Part shown: piece by piece, positions 51,624 through 62,452 of the stretch
How positions within the stretch are numbered: position 1 is the first letter of the stretch
How the letters are laid out: each line of letters begins with the position of its first letter
From: Candidatus Poseidoniaceae archaeon
Lineage (GTDB): Archaea > Thermoplasmatota > Poseidoniia > Poseidoniales > Poseidoniaceae
Reading direction: 5' to 3'
Length of the DNA: 64,000 bases
Assembly (NCBI GenBank): GCA_964228815.1
Contig: CAXRAL010000007.1
Coordinates: forward strand, 41,891 to 105,890
Translations under genes and position numbers: made by a program
Notes under the pieces: generated by a model
What the model was told of the DNA's origin: nothing
What the model saw: only the letters and a program-made list of their open reading frames with translations
The model's database searches: none

Positions 51624-54218
51624 TCACTGATAGCTGGAAAGATGGAGAACAACGGCGTCCGCTTCGTACGAAAGCCACATCGTCGCGAGCGGAGCGTCCG
51701 GCGGCACAAGCTCAAACGTGGTTGCACCAGGTTCGAGGGCGTTGCCGTCCCAATCATGGCTCCAATCCTCCCCGAAACTTCCGCCGCGGTCAAGTCGGAA
51801 AGGGACACTCGTGTTGGTCGGGTTGTGCAAAGTAAACGACGTCATGCCTTCGTTGAGGACGGTCCCGTTGGAAGCGATGGCCCACGGCGTGGTCCAAAAC
51901 CGTGAGGTGGAACCCATCCATGTTGCGAGCAATTCAGGACCTTCCGAGACCGAGAACGTGATCGAGGGGTACGGATTGTAGACCTCCTTGCACAGCGACA
52001 TGTTGGCTCCACTCGGCATTTGCAGCGTCAGGTTCTGCTCCGCCTCAACCAGCGGGAGGTCACCGGATGAACGCACCTCAAGATCCCAGATCCACGGGCT
52101 GTCGTCCTGAGGGCGAGCCGGCGTGCTGATGCTGGCGTTGACGGGGCAGTGCGCTGCGTTCATGTTCAACACGCCGCCTTCTCCCAGCAAGGCTTCCCAG
52201 GAAGTTCCAGCCTCTGCTTGAATGGTCCAGCCATCGGCTGGAACATGAGCCACCAACGGTCGCCGGGATGGAAGAACAGGAGAGAAGGTGTCGTTGTTGA
52301 GGGTCAATGATGCCATGGAGGCGTCGAAGACCAACGGGTCCAATCCTTGGAGGCACAGGGTTTCCGGGACCTCGTTCACGGACATGTTCATCCCCTCTCC
52401 GCCAACCAAACTAACGAGTGGTGTTTGGACCTCGGACATGATGCCACCGTCCACGGAAATGTTGAGCATTGACGATTCCAGAAGATCACCTGACAAGGTC
52501 AAGCAACGATGAACATAGGCGCCCACCTCAACATCGTACCAACTTGTATCAGGCACCACCTCGAGGGCGGGCCGTACCGAAACGGGAACAACATCATACC
52601 CACCGTTCATCGCAACAACATAACTCAAATTTGCCCGGGTTGGTTGTGTTGGCCCTTCCCACGTCAAGTTCATCCAGAAGAACGCCGTTCGTTTTGGCAG
52701 CAGTTCAGCACCGCACCCATCACCGTCGAGGTCGTAGGTGGTTTCACCATCGCAATCCCATGAAACCGTCCACCCTTGTCCGGGGTGTTCGAGGTAGGCA
52801 CCCACAGCATACGGTTTGGCGAGCGCTGACGGGTTGGTGATGCGAACTTCGGTGCTGGACGACCAGGAACCGTCCTCTTGGAGGGTGGCGGCGACCGGCT
52901 CAAGCAGTTCATGCGTCAGCGGGTCGTCCCACGTGGTCTCATGAACCACGGGTTGAGCAGCCGGAAGGAGGAACACGCCAACCAAGAGAAGCATCAGCCC
53001 CATGCGTCCATGGTCCTGCTCACTCAAGCCGGTGGTTTCGTCGAGGATGAGCGGTATGCGAAGGTCCGTCCCAAAGAAAAACAAAAGTGGCAACAGCAAA
53101 GCGAACACGAGGTACCACAGCGAGAATTGGTTGAACACCCCAAAGATGTAGGCACAGAACAGCATGGTCACCAAAATCAAGCTCTGTGTGCTTGAACTGC
53201 GACCATCCAACAAACCCATGCGTGCGATGAGGACACGACCACCGGGGAACGTCGGAATCGGCAGAATGGAAACCCAAGCAAACAGCATGAGCATCCCGCC
53301 CGCATGGACCCATGGGTGGGCCCAAAGAAGACGAATGAAGGCGTCGTCTCCCGCCAGCTGTGTTGCAAACAGGGAGACGAACAACGGAGGATCAGAGACC
53401 AACGGCATGGCGCTGGAAGCAAGGTACTCTGGCGTCATGGTGAGACCGGCGAGCATCATGACAGCACCGCTCACGCCAAGAACAAGCGGCACGCTCAACG
53501 CCGTGAAACCAAGCGCCGCACGATGGGGCCACGGCCGTGCGTCCATCCTCGGCATCGTCGGAATCAGGAGGAGACCAAACGGCCAAAACAACCACGAAGA
53601 CGGAAAGAGACCCAAGGCGTACAGCGCGATGGTGAAATCGGGCACGGGGAGAAGATGCCCACTCCGTACCCCGTAGCGAGCAGCGACTCGGCGTTGAAGT
53701 TGAGAGGCGAGGGCCAAAACGAGCAGCACAGGAAGGGTGTAGCCGAGCAGGGCGTCGATGAACGAAGAGGTGTGAAACCAGCCGCCTTCTGGCCGGGCTT
53801 TGGACATCCAATGGTCGCCAGCCAACGTCAAGGTCAACAGGGACAGCACCCAGAACATGAGCACGGTATTGATGCGAGGAAATTGACGTTCGGGGACGGG
53901 AAAGACGGTGATCACCCAGGGTTCGCCCTTGGTCAACTTGCCCATCCAACCCAACCGGTCAAGATGGGCGTTCAGGCGAATGAGATCGCCATGGATGTCG
54001 TCGTTGGGTGAAACCACCGTCCAAGCAGGCCAACGCCCACCGTCTTTTTGGACGACATCGAGGTATTCGCTGAGCGTTGAGGCCAACAAATCGTGTTGAG
54101 ACCAGGCCTTCTTGTGATGAGGCAAGCCAGATTCAATCGCTTCGGATGAATCGTCCATGGCATGGCCCCCTGTCATTGCGGTGCGGCCCATCCTCCATGA
54201 ATCCCTCGTTGGGGCCAT
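51624..54218 (-). CDS. site-2-protease (M50) homologue with substituted active-site residues, fused to a ~440-aa extracytoplasmic domain
   Basis: Polytopic N-terminal half. The M50 HExxH-AARxYGV region reads SQLQRRVAARYGV (H to S, E to Q, H to R). The LPxPPLDGG motif reads ILPIPTFPGGRV (Asp ligand lost). Large C-terminal soluble domain. ATG at 54218 lies 7 nt after the atpD stop. Confidence 0.45.
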   Translation of the reverse strand: MAPTRDSWRMGRTAMTGGHAMDDSSEAIESGLPHHKKAWSQHDLLASTLSEYLDVVQKDGGRWPAWTVVSPNDDIHGDLIRLNAHLDRLGWMGKLTKGEPWVITVFPVPERQFPRINTVLMFWVLSLLTLTLAGDHWMSKARPEGGWFHTSSFIDALLGYTLPVLLVLALASQLQRRVAARYGVRSGHLLPVPDFTIALYALGLFPSSWLFWPFGLLLIPTMPRMDARPWPHRAALGFTALSVPLVLGVSGAVMMLAGLTMTPEYLASSAMPLVSDPPLFVSLFATQLAGDDAFIRLLWAHPWVHAGGMLMLFAWVSILPIPTFPGGRVLIARMGLLDGRSSSTQSLILVTMLFCAYIFGVFNQFSLWYLVFALLLPLLFFFGTDLRIPLILDETTGLSEQDHGRMGLMLLLVGVFLLPAAQPVVHETTWDDPLTHELLEPVAATLQEDGSWSSSTEVRITNPSALAKPYAVGAYLEHPGQGWTVSWDCDGETTYDLDGDGCGAELLPKRTAFFWMNLTWEGPTQPTRANLSYVVAMNGGYDVVPVSVRPALEVVPDTSWYDVEVGAYVHRCLTLSGDLLESSMLNISVDGGIMSEVQTPLVSLVGGEGMNMSVNEVPETLCLQGLDPLVFDASMASLTLNNDTFSPVLPSRRPLVAHVPADGWTIQAEAGTSWEALLGEGGVLNMNAAHCPVNASISTPARPQDDSPWIWDLEVRSSGDLPLVEAEQNLTLQMPSGANMSLCKEVYNPYPSITFSVSEGPELLATWMGSTSRFWTTPWAIASNGTVLNEGMTSFTLHNPTNTSVPFRLDRGGSFGEDWSHDWDGNALEPGATTFELVPPDAPLATMWLSYEADAVVLHLSSYQ

Positions 54219-54225
54219 GACGGGC

Positions 54226-54843
54226 TCACTTGTTCTTGAATCGCTTCAGTCGGAAGGTTTCCTCGCGCTCCATCTCTTCAAGGCGCAGTTGAATGAAGAC
54301 TTTGGCTTCCTCAAGTTCTGGGATGACCTTGAACTCGAGGGCGTTAACACGACGCTTGGTGGCTTCAATTTCTGCAAGCAGGCGCTTGAGGGTGGCTTCC
54401 ATCTCCGAGGCTTTGACGATCTTCTCAATCAGTTCGCTGAACGAATCGCTTGCCTCATCGATGTAGGGCGAAGAACCGATGAAACCGATGCCTCGCTCGG
54501 CAAAGGTGGATTTCAGGTTGCTTCCGCTCACGCTCGGCACGACCACACCCATGATGTTGCGACGTTCAACTTCGACCTCAGGGTGAGCGGAGTTGGCAAT
54601 GGCAGCAGCACGGACGGCCAGACCGCCTTCGATGGCGTTGGCCAGGTCAATGCGCGTCTTGGCCAAACGGTAGGCCGCCGTCAAGTCGCGCTTGGCTTCG
54701 ATCATCTCAGCGAGAAGCGTTCGGAACTCGTGGAACAGACCGTCACGCTTCATCTTCAGCAGCTTGTAGCCGTTCTTGGTCTGCTTGATGCGACCTTTCA
54801 GCTTGATGAGTTCGCTACGGGTTGGTTTGATGTCCAATGCCAT
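54226..54843 (-). CDS. atpD: A-type ATP synthase subunit D
   Basis: MALDIKPTRSELIKLKGRIKQTKNGYKLLKMKRDGL is typical of V/A-ATPase subunit D. Confidence 0.8.
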   Translation of the reverse strand: MALDIKPTRSELIKLKGRIKQTKNGYKLLKMKRDGLFHEFRTLLAEMIEAKRDLTAAYRLAKTRIDLANAIEGGLAVRAAAIANSAHPEVEVERRNIMGVVVPSVSGSNLKSTFAERGIGFIGSSPYIDEASDSFSELIEKIVKASEMEATLKRLLAEIEATKRRVNALEFKVIPELEEAKVFIQLRLEEMEREETFRLKRFKNK

Positions 54844-54879
54844 GCTTTCTCACCTCCTTGTTGATGCCTGCGTTGGTTC

Positions 54880-56265
54880 TCAAGCCTTGTTGTCAGGATG
54901 GTACTTCTTGATGAGTTCCTCATCCAAACGCACGAGGTACTTCGTGTCGATGCTGGCCATGAGTTCCCAGCACAGGTTGAGGGTCTCGTCAATGGTTCGG
55001 TCCTCATCACGCGACTGGCGAAGGAACTTGTCTTCGAACACACCGGAGAAGTCCAGCAGTTGCTTGTCACGCTCATTGAGGGCGTCTTCACCGACAATGG
55101 CGACAAGGCCACGAAGTTCACGGCCTTGGGCGTAGGCAGCATACATTTGGTCGCTGACCTTCTTGTGGTCGTCGCGGGTCGTTTTCTCACCGATACAGGA
55201 CCCCATCAGTCGGGAAAGCGATGGCAACACGTTGATCGGCGGATAGATACCTTGCTGGTGCAACTCACGGCTGATCACAATCTGACCTTCAGTGATGTAG
55301 CCGGAAAGGTCAGGAATCGGGTGCGTGATGTCATCACCGGGCATGGTGAGAATCGGGAATTGGGTGATGGAACCCTTCTTGCCCTTCACGATACCTGCAC
55401 GCTCGTAGAGCATAGCCAAATCCGTGTACATGTATCCGGGATAACCACGTCGTCCTGGAACTTCTTCACGAGCAGCACCAATTTGACGAAGTGCGTCGCA
55501 GTAGTTGGTCATGTCCGTGTAGATAACCAGCACGTGGTAGTCCTTCTCGAAGGCCAAGTATTCGGCGGCGGTCAAGGCGAGACGAGGCGTAATGATTCGC
55601 TCGACGGCGGGGTCGTCAGCCAGGTTGACGAACAACACTGCGTTCTCGAGTGCACCGGTGCGCTCCAAGTCGGACCTGAAGAAGTTGTACTCTTCAGCGG
55701 TGATACCCATGGCACAGAACACCACAATGAACTCTTCATCGGAGTCCTTGAGTTTGGCCTGTCGGGCGATTTGCAGGGCGATGTCGTTGTGTGGAAGACC
55801 CGATGCAGAGAAAATCGGGAGCTTTTGTCCACGGACGAGCGTCGTACAGCAGTCAATGGCCGAAATACCCGTCTGGATAAAGTCGTGAGGCGACTGTCGG
55901 CTGTAGGGGTTGATGGCCGCACCAATGATGTCGGCCTTCTCTTCAGCCACGATTTCAGGACCACCGTCTCGGGGGCGACCTGCACCGTCGAGAATGCGTC
56001 CAACGAGGTCGGTGCTCACGGGGAGTTTGAACACATCACCCATGAAGGTGACACCGGTGTCTCGGTTGATTTTGGCCGTGCCTTCGAACACTTGAACGAT
56101 GACGAGGTCATCGGAAGTGTCGAGCACTTGACCGTTTTTGATCTCACCGTTGGAGAGACGGAGCGTAACGATTTCACCAAACGCAACGGGCTCGGTTTTG
56201 TTCAAAAAGACCAGTGGTCCCTTGACGTCGGTAATGGTTCGGTATTCTTTTCCAGTCATCTTCAT
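54880..56265 (-). CDS. atpB: A-type ATP synthase subunit B
   Basis: 461 aa, regulatory B-subunit pattern ([24 protein letters not shown], no canonical P-loop), TM-less alpha/beta fold. Confidence 0.9.
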   Translation of the reverse strand: MKMTGKEYRTITDVKGPLVFLNKTEPVAFGEIVTLRLSNGEIKNGQVLDTSDDLVIVQVFEGTAKINRDTGVTFMGDVFKLPVSTDLVGRILDGAGRPRDGGPEIVAEEKADIIGAAINPYSRQSPHDFIQTGISAIDCCTTLVRGQKLPIFSASGLPHNDIALQIARQAKLKDSDEEFIVVFCAMGITAEEYNFFRSDLERTGALENAVLFVNLADDPAVERIITPRLALTAAEYLAFEKDYHVLVIYTDMTNYCDALRQIGAAREEVPGRRGYPGYMYTDLAMLYERAGIVKGKKGSITQFPILTMPGDDITHPIPDLSGYITEGQIVISRELHQQGIYPPINVLPSLSRLMGSCIGEKTTRDDHKKVSDQMYAAYAQGRELRGLVAIVGEDALNERDKQLLDFSGVFEDKFLRQSRDEDRTIDETLNLCWELMASIDTKYLVRLDEELIKKYHPDNKA

Positions 56266-56272
56266 CCTCTCC

Positions 56273-58012
56273 TCAGTTGGCCTCCACGGCGTTGGCGATT
56301 TGTTCGTTCATTTCCTTGACCATGGCTTCAATGCGGTCAATGTAGCCCTCTTCGAACCGGCCACGCATCAGGTTTGAGCGGGCAGGGACGTTGACGACAT
56401 CGTTGAGCAGCGCACCGTCGGCCATGGCGGTCTTGGCGGCTTCCTGGAAGGACAGAATGGCCTTGGCCATCTCGTACTGCAGCTTGATGTCGCAGTAGGC
56501 GTCGACGGGATCGAACCCGTTCTGCTGGAGGAAGAACTCACGAATCATACGGGCGACTTCGAGGGTCAGTTGCTGGTCGACCGGCAGAGCATCGGAACCG
56601 ACCAACTGGACGATTTCCTGCAGCTCGGCTTCAATCTGCAACAGACCGCTGATTTGCGTTCGAATCTCGGGGAAGTCCTGGGCGATGTTGTCGCGGAACC
56701 ACTGGTCGAGGCTCTGAGGGTAGAGGGAATACGAGTTGAGCCAGTTGATGGCAGGGAAGTGGCGTTGTCGAGCCAGCCCTGCGTCGAGGCCCCAGAACAC
56801 CTTCACGATACGGAGGGTACCTTGGGACACCGGCTCCGAAATGTCACCACCGGGTGGGGACACAGCACCGATGACGGTGACCGAGCCATCGTCGCCGTTG
56901 AGGGTTTCAACACGACCGGCTCGCTCGTAGAACTCAGCGATACGGGAGGAGAGGTAAGCAGGGTAGCCTTCCTCACCGGGCATTTCTTCAAGACGGGACG
57001 AAATTTCACGCATGGCTTCAGCCCAGCGGGAAGTCGAGTCAGCCATGAGAGCGACGTCGTAGCCCATGTCGCGGAAATACTCGGCGATGGTGATACCGGT
57101 GTAAACGGATGCTTCACGAGCAGCCACCGGCATGTTGGACGTGTTGGCGATCATGACCGTACGGTTCATCAGCGGCTTGCCGGTGTTGGGGTCGATCAGG
57201 TGAGGGAATTCGTCCAACACTTCGGTCATCTCGTTGCCGCGCTCACCGCAGCCGATGTAAACGACGAGTTGAGCGTCGGAGTACTTGGCCAGGGATTGCT
57301 GCGTGACCGTCTTTCCAGAACCGAATGGACCGGGAATACCGGCTGCACCGCCCTTGGCGAGCGGGAACAGGAAGTCAAGGATGCGCATACCGGTGACGAG
57401 GGGGGTGTCAGGAGCGTACTTCTGCGTGAAGGGGCGAGGGGTTCGAACCGGCCACTTCTGCATCATCTGCAACTCGCTGCCGTCCTCGAGGACACAGACG
57501 GTTTGGGTCACGTTGAAGTCACCGGATTCGATGGACTTCACCTTGCCGCCTTTGCCGGGAGGGACCATGATTTTGTGAACGATGGTCTCGGTTTCTTGGA
57601 CGTGGCCGATGACTTGGCCGCTGACCACTTCATCGCCCTTGGCGACTTGAGGCTCAAAGGTCCAGGTCTTCTCCATGTCAAAAGCGTCGGCATCGACACC
57701 ACGGGTGATGAACACACCCATGACTTCCTCAAGGGTGGCAAGAGGTCGCTGGATACCGTCGTAAATTTGGGTCAGGAGGCCGGGGCCCAAGGAAACGGAG
57801 AGCGTCTCTTCGGTGTTCAGCACGGGTTCGCCAGGTCGAATACCCGAGGTGTCTTCGTACACCTGGATAACGGCCTTGTCGCCGTGCAGCTCAATCACTT
57901 CGCCCATGAGACCTTCGTGGCCAACACGGACAACGTCGTACATTGCAGCGTTCATGCCAGTGGCGGTTACCACCGGTCCCGAAATTCGGTAAATCACTCC
58001 TTCATTGCTCAT
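56273..58012 (-). CDS. atpA: A-type ATP synthase catalytic subunit A
   Basis: P-loop GPFGSGKTV, 580 aa from ATG 58012, preceded by AGGAGG at 58021..58026 (minus). The track start 58066 is a TTG. Confidence 0.9.
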   Translation of the reverse strand: MSNEGVIYRISGPVVTATGMNAAMYDVVRVGHEGLMGEVIELHGDKAVIQVYEDTSGIRPGEPVLNTEETLSVSLGPGLLTQIYDGIQRPLATLEEVMGVFITRGVDADAFDMEKTWTFEPQVAKGDEVVSGQVIGHVQETETIVHKIMVPPGKGGKVKSIESGDFNVTQTVCVLEDGSELQMMQKWPVRTPRPFTQKYAPDTPLVTGMRILDFLFPLAKGGAAGIPGPFGSGKTVTQQSLAKYSDAQLVVYIGCGERGNEMTEVLDEFPHLIDPNTGKPLMNRTVMIANTSNMPVAAREASVYTGITIAEYFRDMGYDVALMADSTSRWAEAMREISSRLEEMPGEEGYPAYLSSRIAEFYERAGRVETLNGDDGSVTVIGAVSPPGGDISEPVSQGTLRIVKVFWGLDAGLARQRHFPAINWLNSYSLYPQSLDQWFRDNIAQDFPEIRTQISGLLQIEAELQEIVQLVGSDALPVDQQLTLEVARMIREFFLQQNGFDPVDAYCDIKLQYEMAKAILSFQEAAKTAMADGALLNDVVNVPARSNLMRGRFEEGYIDRIEAMVKEMNEQIANAVEAN

Positions 58013-58020
58013 TTTTTCTT

Positions 58021-58026
58021 CCTCCT
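58021..58026 (-). promoter_or_regulatory. Shine-Dalgarno AGGAGG 8 nt upstream of the atpA ATG
   Basis: Plus strand cctcct at 58021..58026; minus strand reads aggaggaagaaaaa ATG agc aat. Confidence 0.5.
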
Positions 58027-58043
58027 GTTTTTGGGTTGGAACA

Positions 58044-58343
58044 TCACTTCCACAAATCGACTCCAATGGCCTTGCGAATGGTGTCTCGCAAGGTGGTGTC
58101 TTCCTCCGTACCGATGCCGAGCACGGTGGGGGAGACGGACGCCGACAATTGATCTCGCAATCGTTCGGGCAGCGTGGCCATCACGGCGGAGTCGACCACC
58201 ATGATACCAACGGACTTGTTGTTGAGTAGGGAGCGAAGCGTGGTGTGCAGTTCCTCTTCGCCGTCTGGATTGTAAAGGCTCGAAAGCCCAGCGAGCTGGA
58301 AGCCAAGGGTAAAGGCAGGAGAACCAACGACTGCAATCTCCAT
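58044..58343 (-). CDS. atpF: A-type ATP synthase subunit F
   Basis: [20 protein letters not shown]...VGIMVV, 99 aa, typical subunit F. Confidence 0.7.
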   Translation of the reverse strand: MEIAVVGSPAFTLGFQLAGLSSLYNPDGEEELHTTLRSLLNNKSVGIMVVDSAVMATLPERLRDQLSASVSPTVLGIGTEEDTTLRDTIRKAIGVDLWK

Positions 58344-58354
58344 TCATCATCACC

Positions 58355-59395
58355 TCAGAGTAGATGCGCCTCAAGCACAGCGGCCGACAAACCGGCCAGT
58401 CGTCCACGGACGATGAGTCGAAGGTCGGAGACCTCCTGAACTTTCATGGCGATGTAGTAGATGATGGGGAGGGCAGATACGGGATGGAGGTAGCTCATCC
58501 GTTGCATCATGTCATGCTCCCGTGCGTTCATCCAGGTGACCACCGAGTCGAGGCTTCGGGTTGTTTCGGCTTCTTCGAGGGCGGATTCAAACGAGGCGTA
58601 ATCGAACTTGTTGGCGCTGCGAAGCAAATCCAACATGGCGCTTCGTCCACCGGTGGCGATGGAGGAGAACGCACGCTTGGGCACAAGTCGGCCACCAGGA
58701 ATCAGGAGCGATACCAGACGTTCATTGTCAATGCCAACCGCACTGGCTTCCAAGATGTTCGAGATGTTCGTGTGATCGATTTCTGCGGCGAACAACTGCT
58801 TCAAGAAGCGAGCAGGTGCGCCTTTGGCTTGACCCAGCGCCTTGAGGGACGCAGCGTAGTAGTGGCGATCAAGCGCATCTTCGTAGTCCGAGAGACGACC
58901 GTCTTCAGGCACCTTGGCGAGGGCAGGCCCGAAGGCCTTGCGCCGCATCAGGTTCGCTGCAGACTTCATGTCGTCGCAACTTTCCACCACCTTGAGCCAA
59001 GGGGTGTTCACGTCGTTGATCTCGGGGAGGATGCTGTTGCCGACTTCTTCAACCGAGACTTCGTTGTGAATCGCACGGAAGACCGCCTTGGCGTTTTGAT
59101 ACTCAAAGCGAGACGTGTAAATCTCAATGAGGGGCCGAATGGATTTGTTGGTCATGTTGACGATTTGCGTCAATTCGGATTCCAAGTTGTGCGTCAGTGC
59201 TGCTTCCACGAGGTCACCGCCGGCTAATTTACCGGCGTACAAATCGATTTCAGTGCGGTAGCCGAGGTCACCCACGGCCACGGTCAACTGGTCCACGGAC
59301 TGGTTGATGAGCTGTCGTAAACGTGCACGGTCCGCCAACTTCTGTCGTCGTGCCTTGGCACGTGAGACGACATAGGGGGTGTTGCCGAGCATCAT
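58355..59395 (-). CDS. atpC: A-type ATP synthase subunit C
   Basis: ~346 aa helical protein in the C/d-subunit position between atpE and atpF. ATG at 59395 (MMLGNTPYVV). Confidence 0.75.
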   Translation of the reverse strand: MMLGNTPYVVSRAKARRQKLADRARLRQLINQSVDQLTVAVGDLGYRTEIDLYAGKLAGGDLVEAALTHNLESELTQIVNMTNKSIRPLIEIYTSRFEYQNAKAVFRAIHNEVSVEEVGNSILPEINDVNTPWLKVVESCDDMKSAANLMRRKAFGPALAKVPEDGRLSDYEDALDRHYYAASLKALGQAKGAPARFLKQLFAAEIDHTNISNILEASAVGIDNERLVSLLIPGGRLVPKRAFSSIATGGRSAMLDLLRSANKFDYASFESALEEAETTRSLDSVVTWMNAREHDMMQRMSYLHPVSALPIIYYIAMKVQEVSDLRLIVRGRLAGLSAAVLEAHLL

Positions 59396-59408
59396 CTTCT
59401 CACCTTCT

Positions 59409-59972
59409 TCATCCAAACAGGGTTTCGTTCACGGCGGCGAGCTGGTTGGACCAGGCTCGCTCAAGCATGTTGTCAAATCGCATGTCAAACGACACCGACC
59501 CGTCTTCGGCCTCAAGCACGAAGCCGCCCAGGCCGTCCACGCTCTCGCCGACCTTACGGTCGCCGGCCTCTTTCGAGATGGCCGCGCGGTCAACCTCAAC
59601 GGGCAGAATCACGAACTTGCCTTTGGCCAGTTTCTTGGACTGGGACAGCAGGGTCTTGAGAAGCGCTGCTCGTCCCTTCATGCCGGGGTCGGCGATGTGA
59701 GTTCGAGCGGCCTCGTAGGTCGCATCGAGCACCTTGCGGCGAGCGATCAACACGTCCTTTTGGTTGGACTGTCGGGCGCTCGCTACGGTTTCTCGTGCAA
59801 TCTGCGTCGCTTCTTTTTCTGCTCGCTGTTGTGCTTCGTCTCGCAGAGCGCTGGCTTTGGCTTCAGCGTCGGCCAGCAGTTGCTTGGCTTCGGCCTTGGC
59901 TTCAGCGATCAGCGCTTTTGCGTCTTTTTCAGCAGCAGCAGCGATGTCGTTGGCAAGTGTTTCAAGGGTCAT
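59409..59972 (-). CDS. atpE: A-type ATP synthase subunit E
   Basis: N-terminal Ala/Glu/Lys coiled coil (AKALIAEAKAEAKQLLADAEAKA) plus C-terminal globular domain. ATG 59972 preceded by GGAGACG. Confidence 0.7.
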   Translation of the reverse strand: MTLETLANDIAAAAEKDAKALIAEAKAEAKQLLADAEAKASALRDEAQQRAEKEATQIARETVASARQSNQKDVLIARRKVLDATYEAARTHIADPGMKGRAALLKTLLSQSKKLAKGKFVILPVEVDRAAISKEAGDRKVGESVDGLGGFVLEAEDGSVSFDMRFDNMLERAWSNQLAAVNETLFG

Positions 59973-60030
59973 CGTATCGTCTCCGTCTTCGTTTTCGATG
60001 TGGGCAGAGCCCACCGGTCAACCGTCGTCC

Positions 60031-60351
60031 TCAGCCTTGGAGGAAGAGCGGGAGCGCACCGAGAATCACAATGGATTCAGGGAGAGCGGTGAAAATCAGG
60101 CCGTAACCGAACTTGCTACCGTCTTCGGCGATCATGCCGATGGCAGCGCTACCGATGGCAGCTTGGGAGAAGCCAGCACCGATGGCAGCGAGGCCAAGGG
60201 CCAGGCCGACACCAACGTCGCCGGTCATTCCGTCGGTTGCACCGCTGTCCGTCGTGGTATCTTCCACAGCAGCGACGCCTTGGGCGACCAAGGCGACGGT
60301 CAGCAGAACGATCAGGGTGCGCAGGCTCGTTTTCAGGGTATTCTTGTTCAT
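60031..60351 (-). CDS. atpK: A-type ATP synthase proteolipid subunit K (c)
   Basis: 106 aa, two-helix hairpin GLALGLAAIGAGFSQAAIG...GLIFTALPESIVILGALPLF with conserved Glu. ATG 60351 preceded by GGAGGT. Confidence 0.75.
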   Translation of the reverse strand: MNKNTLKTSLRTLIVLLTVALVAQGVAAVEDTTTDSGATDGMTGDVGVGLALGLAAIGAGFSQAAIGSAAIGMIAEDGSKFGYGLIFTALPESIVILGALPLFLQG

Positions 60352-60382
60352 TTTTTCTACCTCCAGTTTGTTGTCCATGGGA

Positions 60383-62443
60383 CTATGATTGCCCCTCCGT
60401 ATGGAGGGTGCGACCGCCAATCGGGGTAAAAACCCGACCGGTGCCGCTGTAGAACTTGCCCATCCACTCAACGAAGTGGAGACGGGCTGCGTGAATGCTA
60501 GGGGAGAGGATGCCAAGGGCGAGCGCAAAGGCCTGGATGAAGAGGAAGAGCACGAGACCCAACACGATGGTAGCGACACCGCCGCCGGACAACATGAGGT
60601 CCCAACCCATGTCGAGGGAAACTTGAGCGATCTTGACGCCGGCGACGCCGACGCCCATGACACGCAGGTACGACAGGGTGTTGGCCAGCAGGCCGAAGGT
60701 CTCGATGGGGCCCATGATGATACCACCGGCCCAGCCGAACTTCTCATAGATGGCCAAACCGATGATGAGGCAGCCCACGCCGACCAGCATGGCCATGGCG
60801 TACGGCGTTAGATCCAAGACAGCGTGCTTGCCGGTCAAGAAGCCATAGATGTGGGCGGTACCGGTGGTGAGGATGATCATCCAGCTGCCCTTCTCAAAGA
60901 AGGCAGCGAGCATGCCGTGCGCCCGTGCGACGTTAATGAAACCAAGGATGTAGCCGAACATAAGGTGAGCAATGCCGAGGTAGACGGAAAGCAGGACGTA
61001 TTCTTGGATGGAGCTGGTGGCTCGGTGGAAGGGAATGTGAGTGTAGTCCATGCGGAGGGTGTCAGTCCAGAAGTTGGGGAAGGTGATGTTGTCGTAGGTC
61101 CATGCATAGAAGCCTGCGAGCGGGGAGGCGTCGCCCATTCGCCCGGTGTCGTCCCAGACAAAGCCAAAGCCTTCAGCGAACAAGAAGCCCCAAATCATGC
61201 ACCAAACGCCCATCCACTTCAGGATGGTGATGCCGTTCTTGGCCACGGGGTCTGCGGCGAAGGGTTTGGTTCCGAAGTAGACGCCGAGCAAGAAGATGAT
61301 CAGGCCGTAGCCGAAGTCCCCGAGGATCAGGCCGTAGATGACCGGGAAGGTCAGCATCATGAAGAACGTCGGGTCGAACGTACCGTAGGCAGGGCGGCCA
61401 ACGAGGCCGACGAGCAGTTCGAACGGACGAGAAACGCTCCCGTTTTCCAAAGCCACGGGCGGCGTGGGCTCGTGATGGTCGTCATGGCCGTCATGGTCGT
61501 CATGGTCGTCGTCATGATGGTGGTGATCGTCGACGAAGGCCTCGACCTCCATGTGAGAGGCGAAGTCCTTGAGGGCGGCCTTCACGGCGCCAGCCTTGTC
61601 GGTTGGCACCCAAGCATCGAGTGCAAAGGCTTGCCCGGAAACGGCAAGTTGCGTTGGCGCCGTGTGAATGCCGTCTTCCTTGACGAGGTATTCGTGAATG
61701 GCGAGGATGTTTCGTCCGTTGTTTCGAGCCCAGCGCTCGGCGTCTTCGGAAGCAGAAAACATGGTGCCCTCGACCTTGCTTCGCTTGGCGAGCAGCGATT
61801 TCAGGACCTCAGCTGGCGTACCGCCCATGTTTGGAATTTGGACGGGCTTACCGCCCAACTCGCCGAGGGCCATCTGGACCTCGGCACCCTCGGAAGGGAG
61901 GCAGGCAACGGCCACAATACCCGGGGCAGCAGCCAATTCAACCTTCTGTAGCAGGGCACCAAACACGTTGGCGGCTTTGCTGGATTTTTTGGTCTCAGCG
62001 ACGTAGACTTCGACACGGCTTGAGCCGGACAACAGCTCAAGGTCCATGTTCAAAGGCTCAAGGCGTCGCAAGAGGTGGATTTGTTCGTCGAGGACTTCGA
62101 GTTCTGCTTCAGCATCTCGGTGCGTGTCGAGCAGGTCAAGACCCTTTTGGAGTTCATCGGCAAAGGAGCCTTCAAGCAGTTCCTTCACTCGCTTGATGGG
62201 GACAGGGCCATCGGCGTTCACCGGCTTGAAGGCGGAAATGGCAGCACGAACCTTCGCAAGAAGGGCGCTCACATGGTTGGCCTCTTCGGAATCGCTGGCG
62301 TGGCCGACGTTCACGCCGTCTTCGAAGTTCGTGTAGGATTCGATGTGGACACAGCCGAGATTGGTGCACTCACGCAACACGTCCGCCATGCGGTCAACAG
62401 GGGCTGCGACCGTCAGGCGAGACATAGCGACCGTGTCAAACAT
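60383..62443 (-). CDS. atpI: A-type ATP synthase subunit I (a) with His/Asp-rich insertion
   Basis: 686 aa. Soluble N-terminal domain then ~8 TM helices with conserved Arg (LSYLRVMGVGVAG). Insertion VDDHHHHDDDHDDHDGHDDHHE. Confidence 0.85.
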   Translation of the reverse strand: MFDTVAMSRLTVAAPVDRMADVLRECTNLGCVHIESYTNFEDGVNVGHASDSEEANHVSALLAKVRAAISAFKPVNADGPVPIKRVKELLEGSFADELQKGLDLLDTHRDAEAELEVLDEQIHLLRRLEPLNMDLELLSGSSRVEVYVAETKKSSKAANVFGALLQKVELAAAPGIVAVACLPSEGAEVQMALGELGGKPVQIPNMGGTPAEVLKSLLAKRSKVEGTMFSASEDAERWARNNGRNILAIHEYLVKEDGIHTAPTQLAVSGQAFALDAWVPTDKAGAVKAALKDFASHMEVEAFVDDHHHHDDDHDDHDGHDDHHEPTPPVALENGSVSRPFELLVGLVGRPAYGTFDPTFFMMLTFPVIYGLILGDFGYGLIIFLLGVYFGTKPFAADPVAKNGITILKWMGVWCMIWGFLFAEGFGFVWDDTGRMGDASPLAGFYAWTYDNITFPNFWTDTLRMDYTHIPFHRATSSIQEYVLLSVYLGIAHLMFGYILGFINVARAHGMLAAFFEKGSWMIILTTGTAHIYGFLTGKHAVLDLTPYAMAMLVGVGCLIIGLAIYEKFGWAGGIIMGPIETFGLLANTLSYLRVMGVGVAGVKIAQVSLDMGWDLMLSGGGVATIVLGLVLFLFIQAFALALGILSPSIHAARLHFVEWMGKFYSGTGRVFTPIGGRTLHTEGQS

Positions 62444-62452
62444 GGTACCGCC

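Noticed and set aside
56570-58204. 544-aa plus-strand ORF
   Set aside because: Antisense to atpA (P-loop ATPase clearly on the minus strand).
60824-61951. 375-aa plus-strand ORF
   Set aside because: Antisense to atpI.
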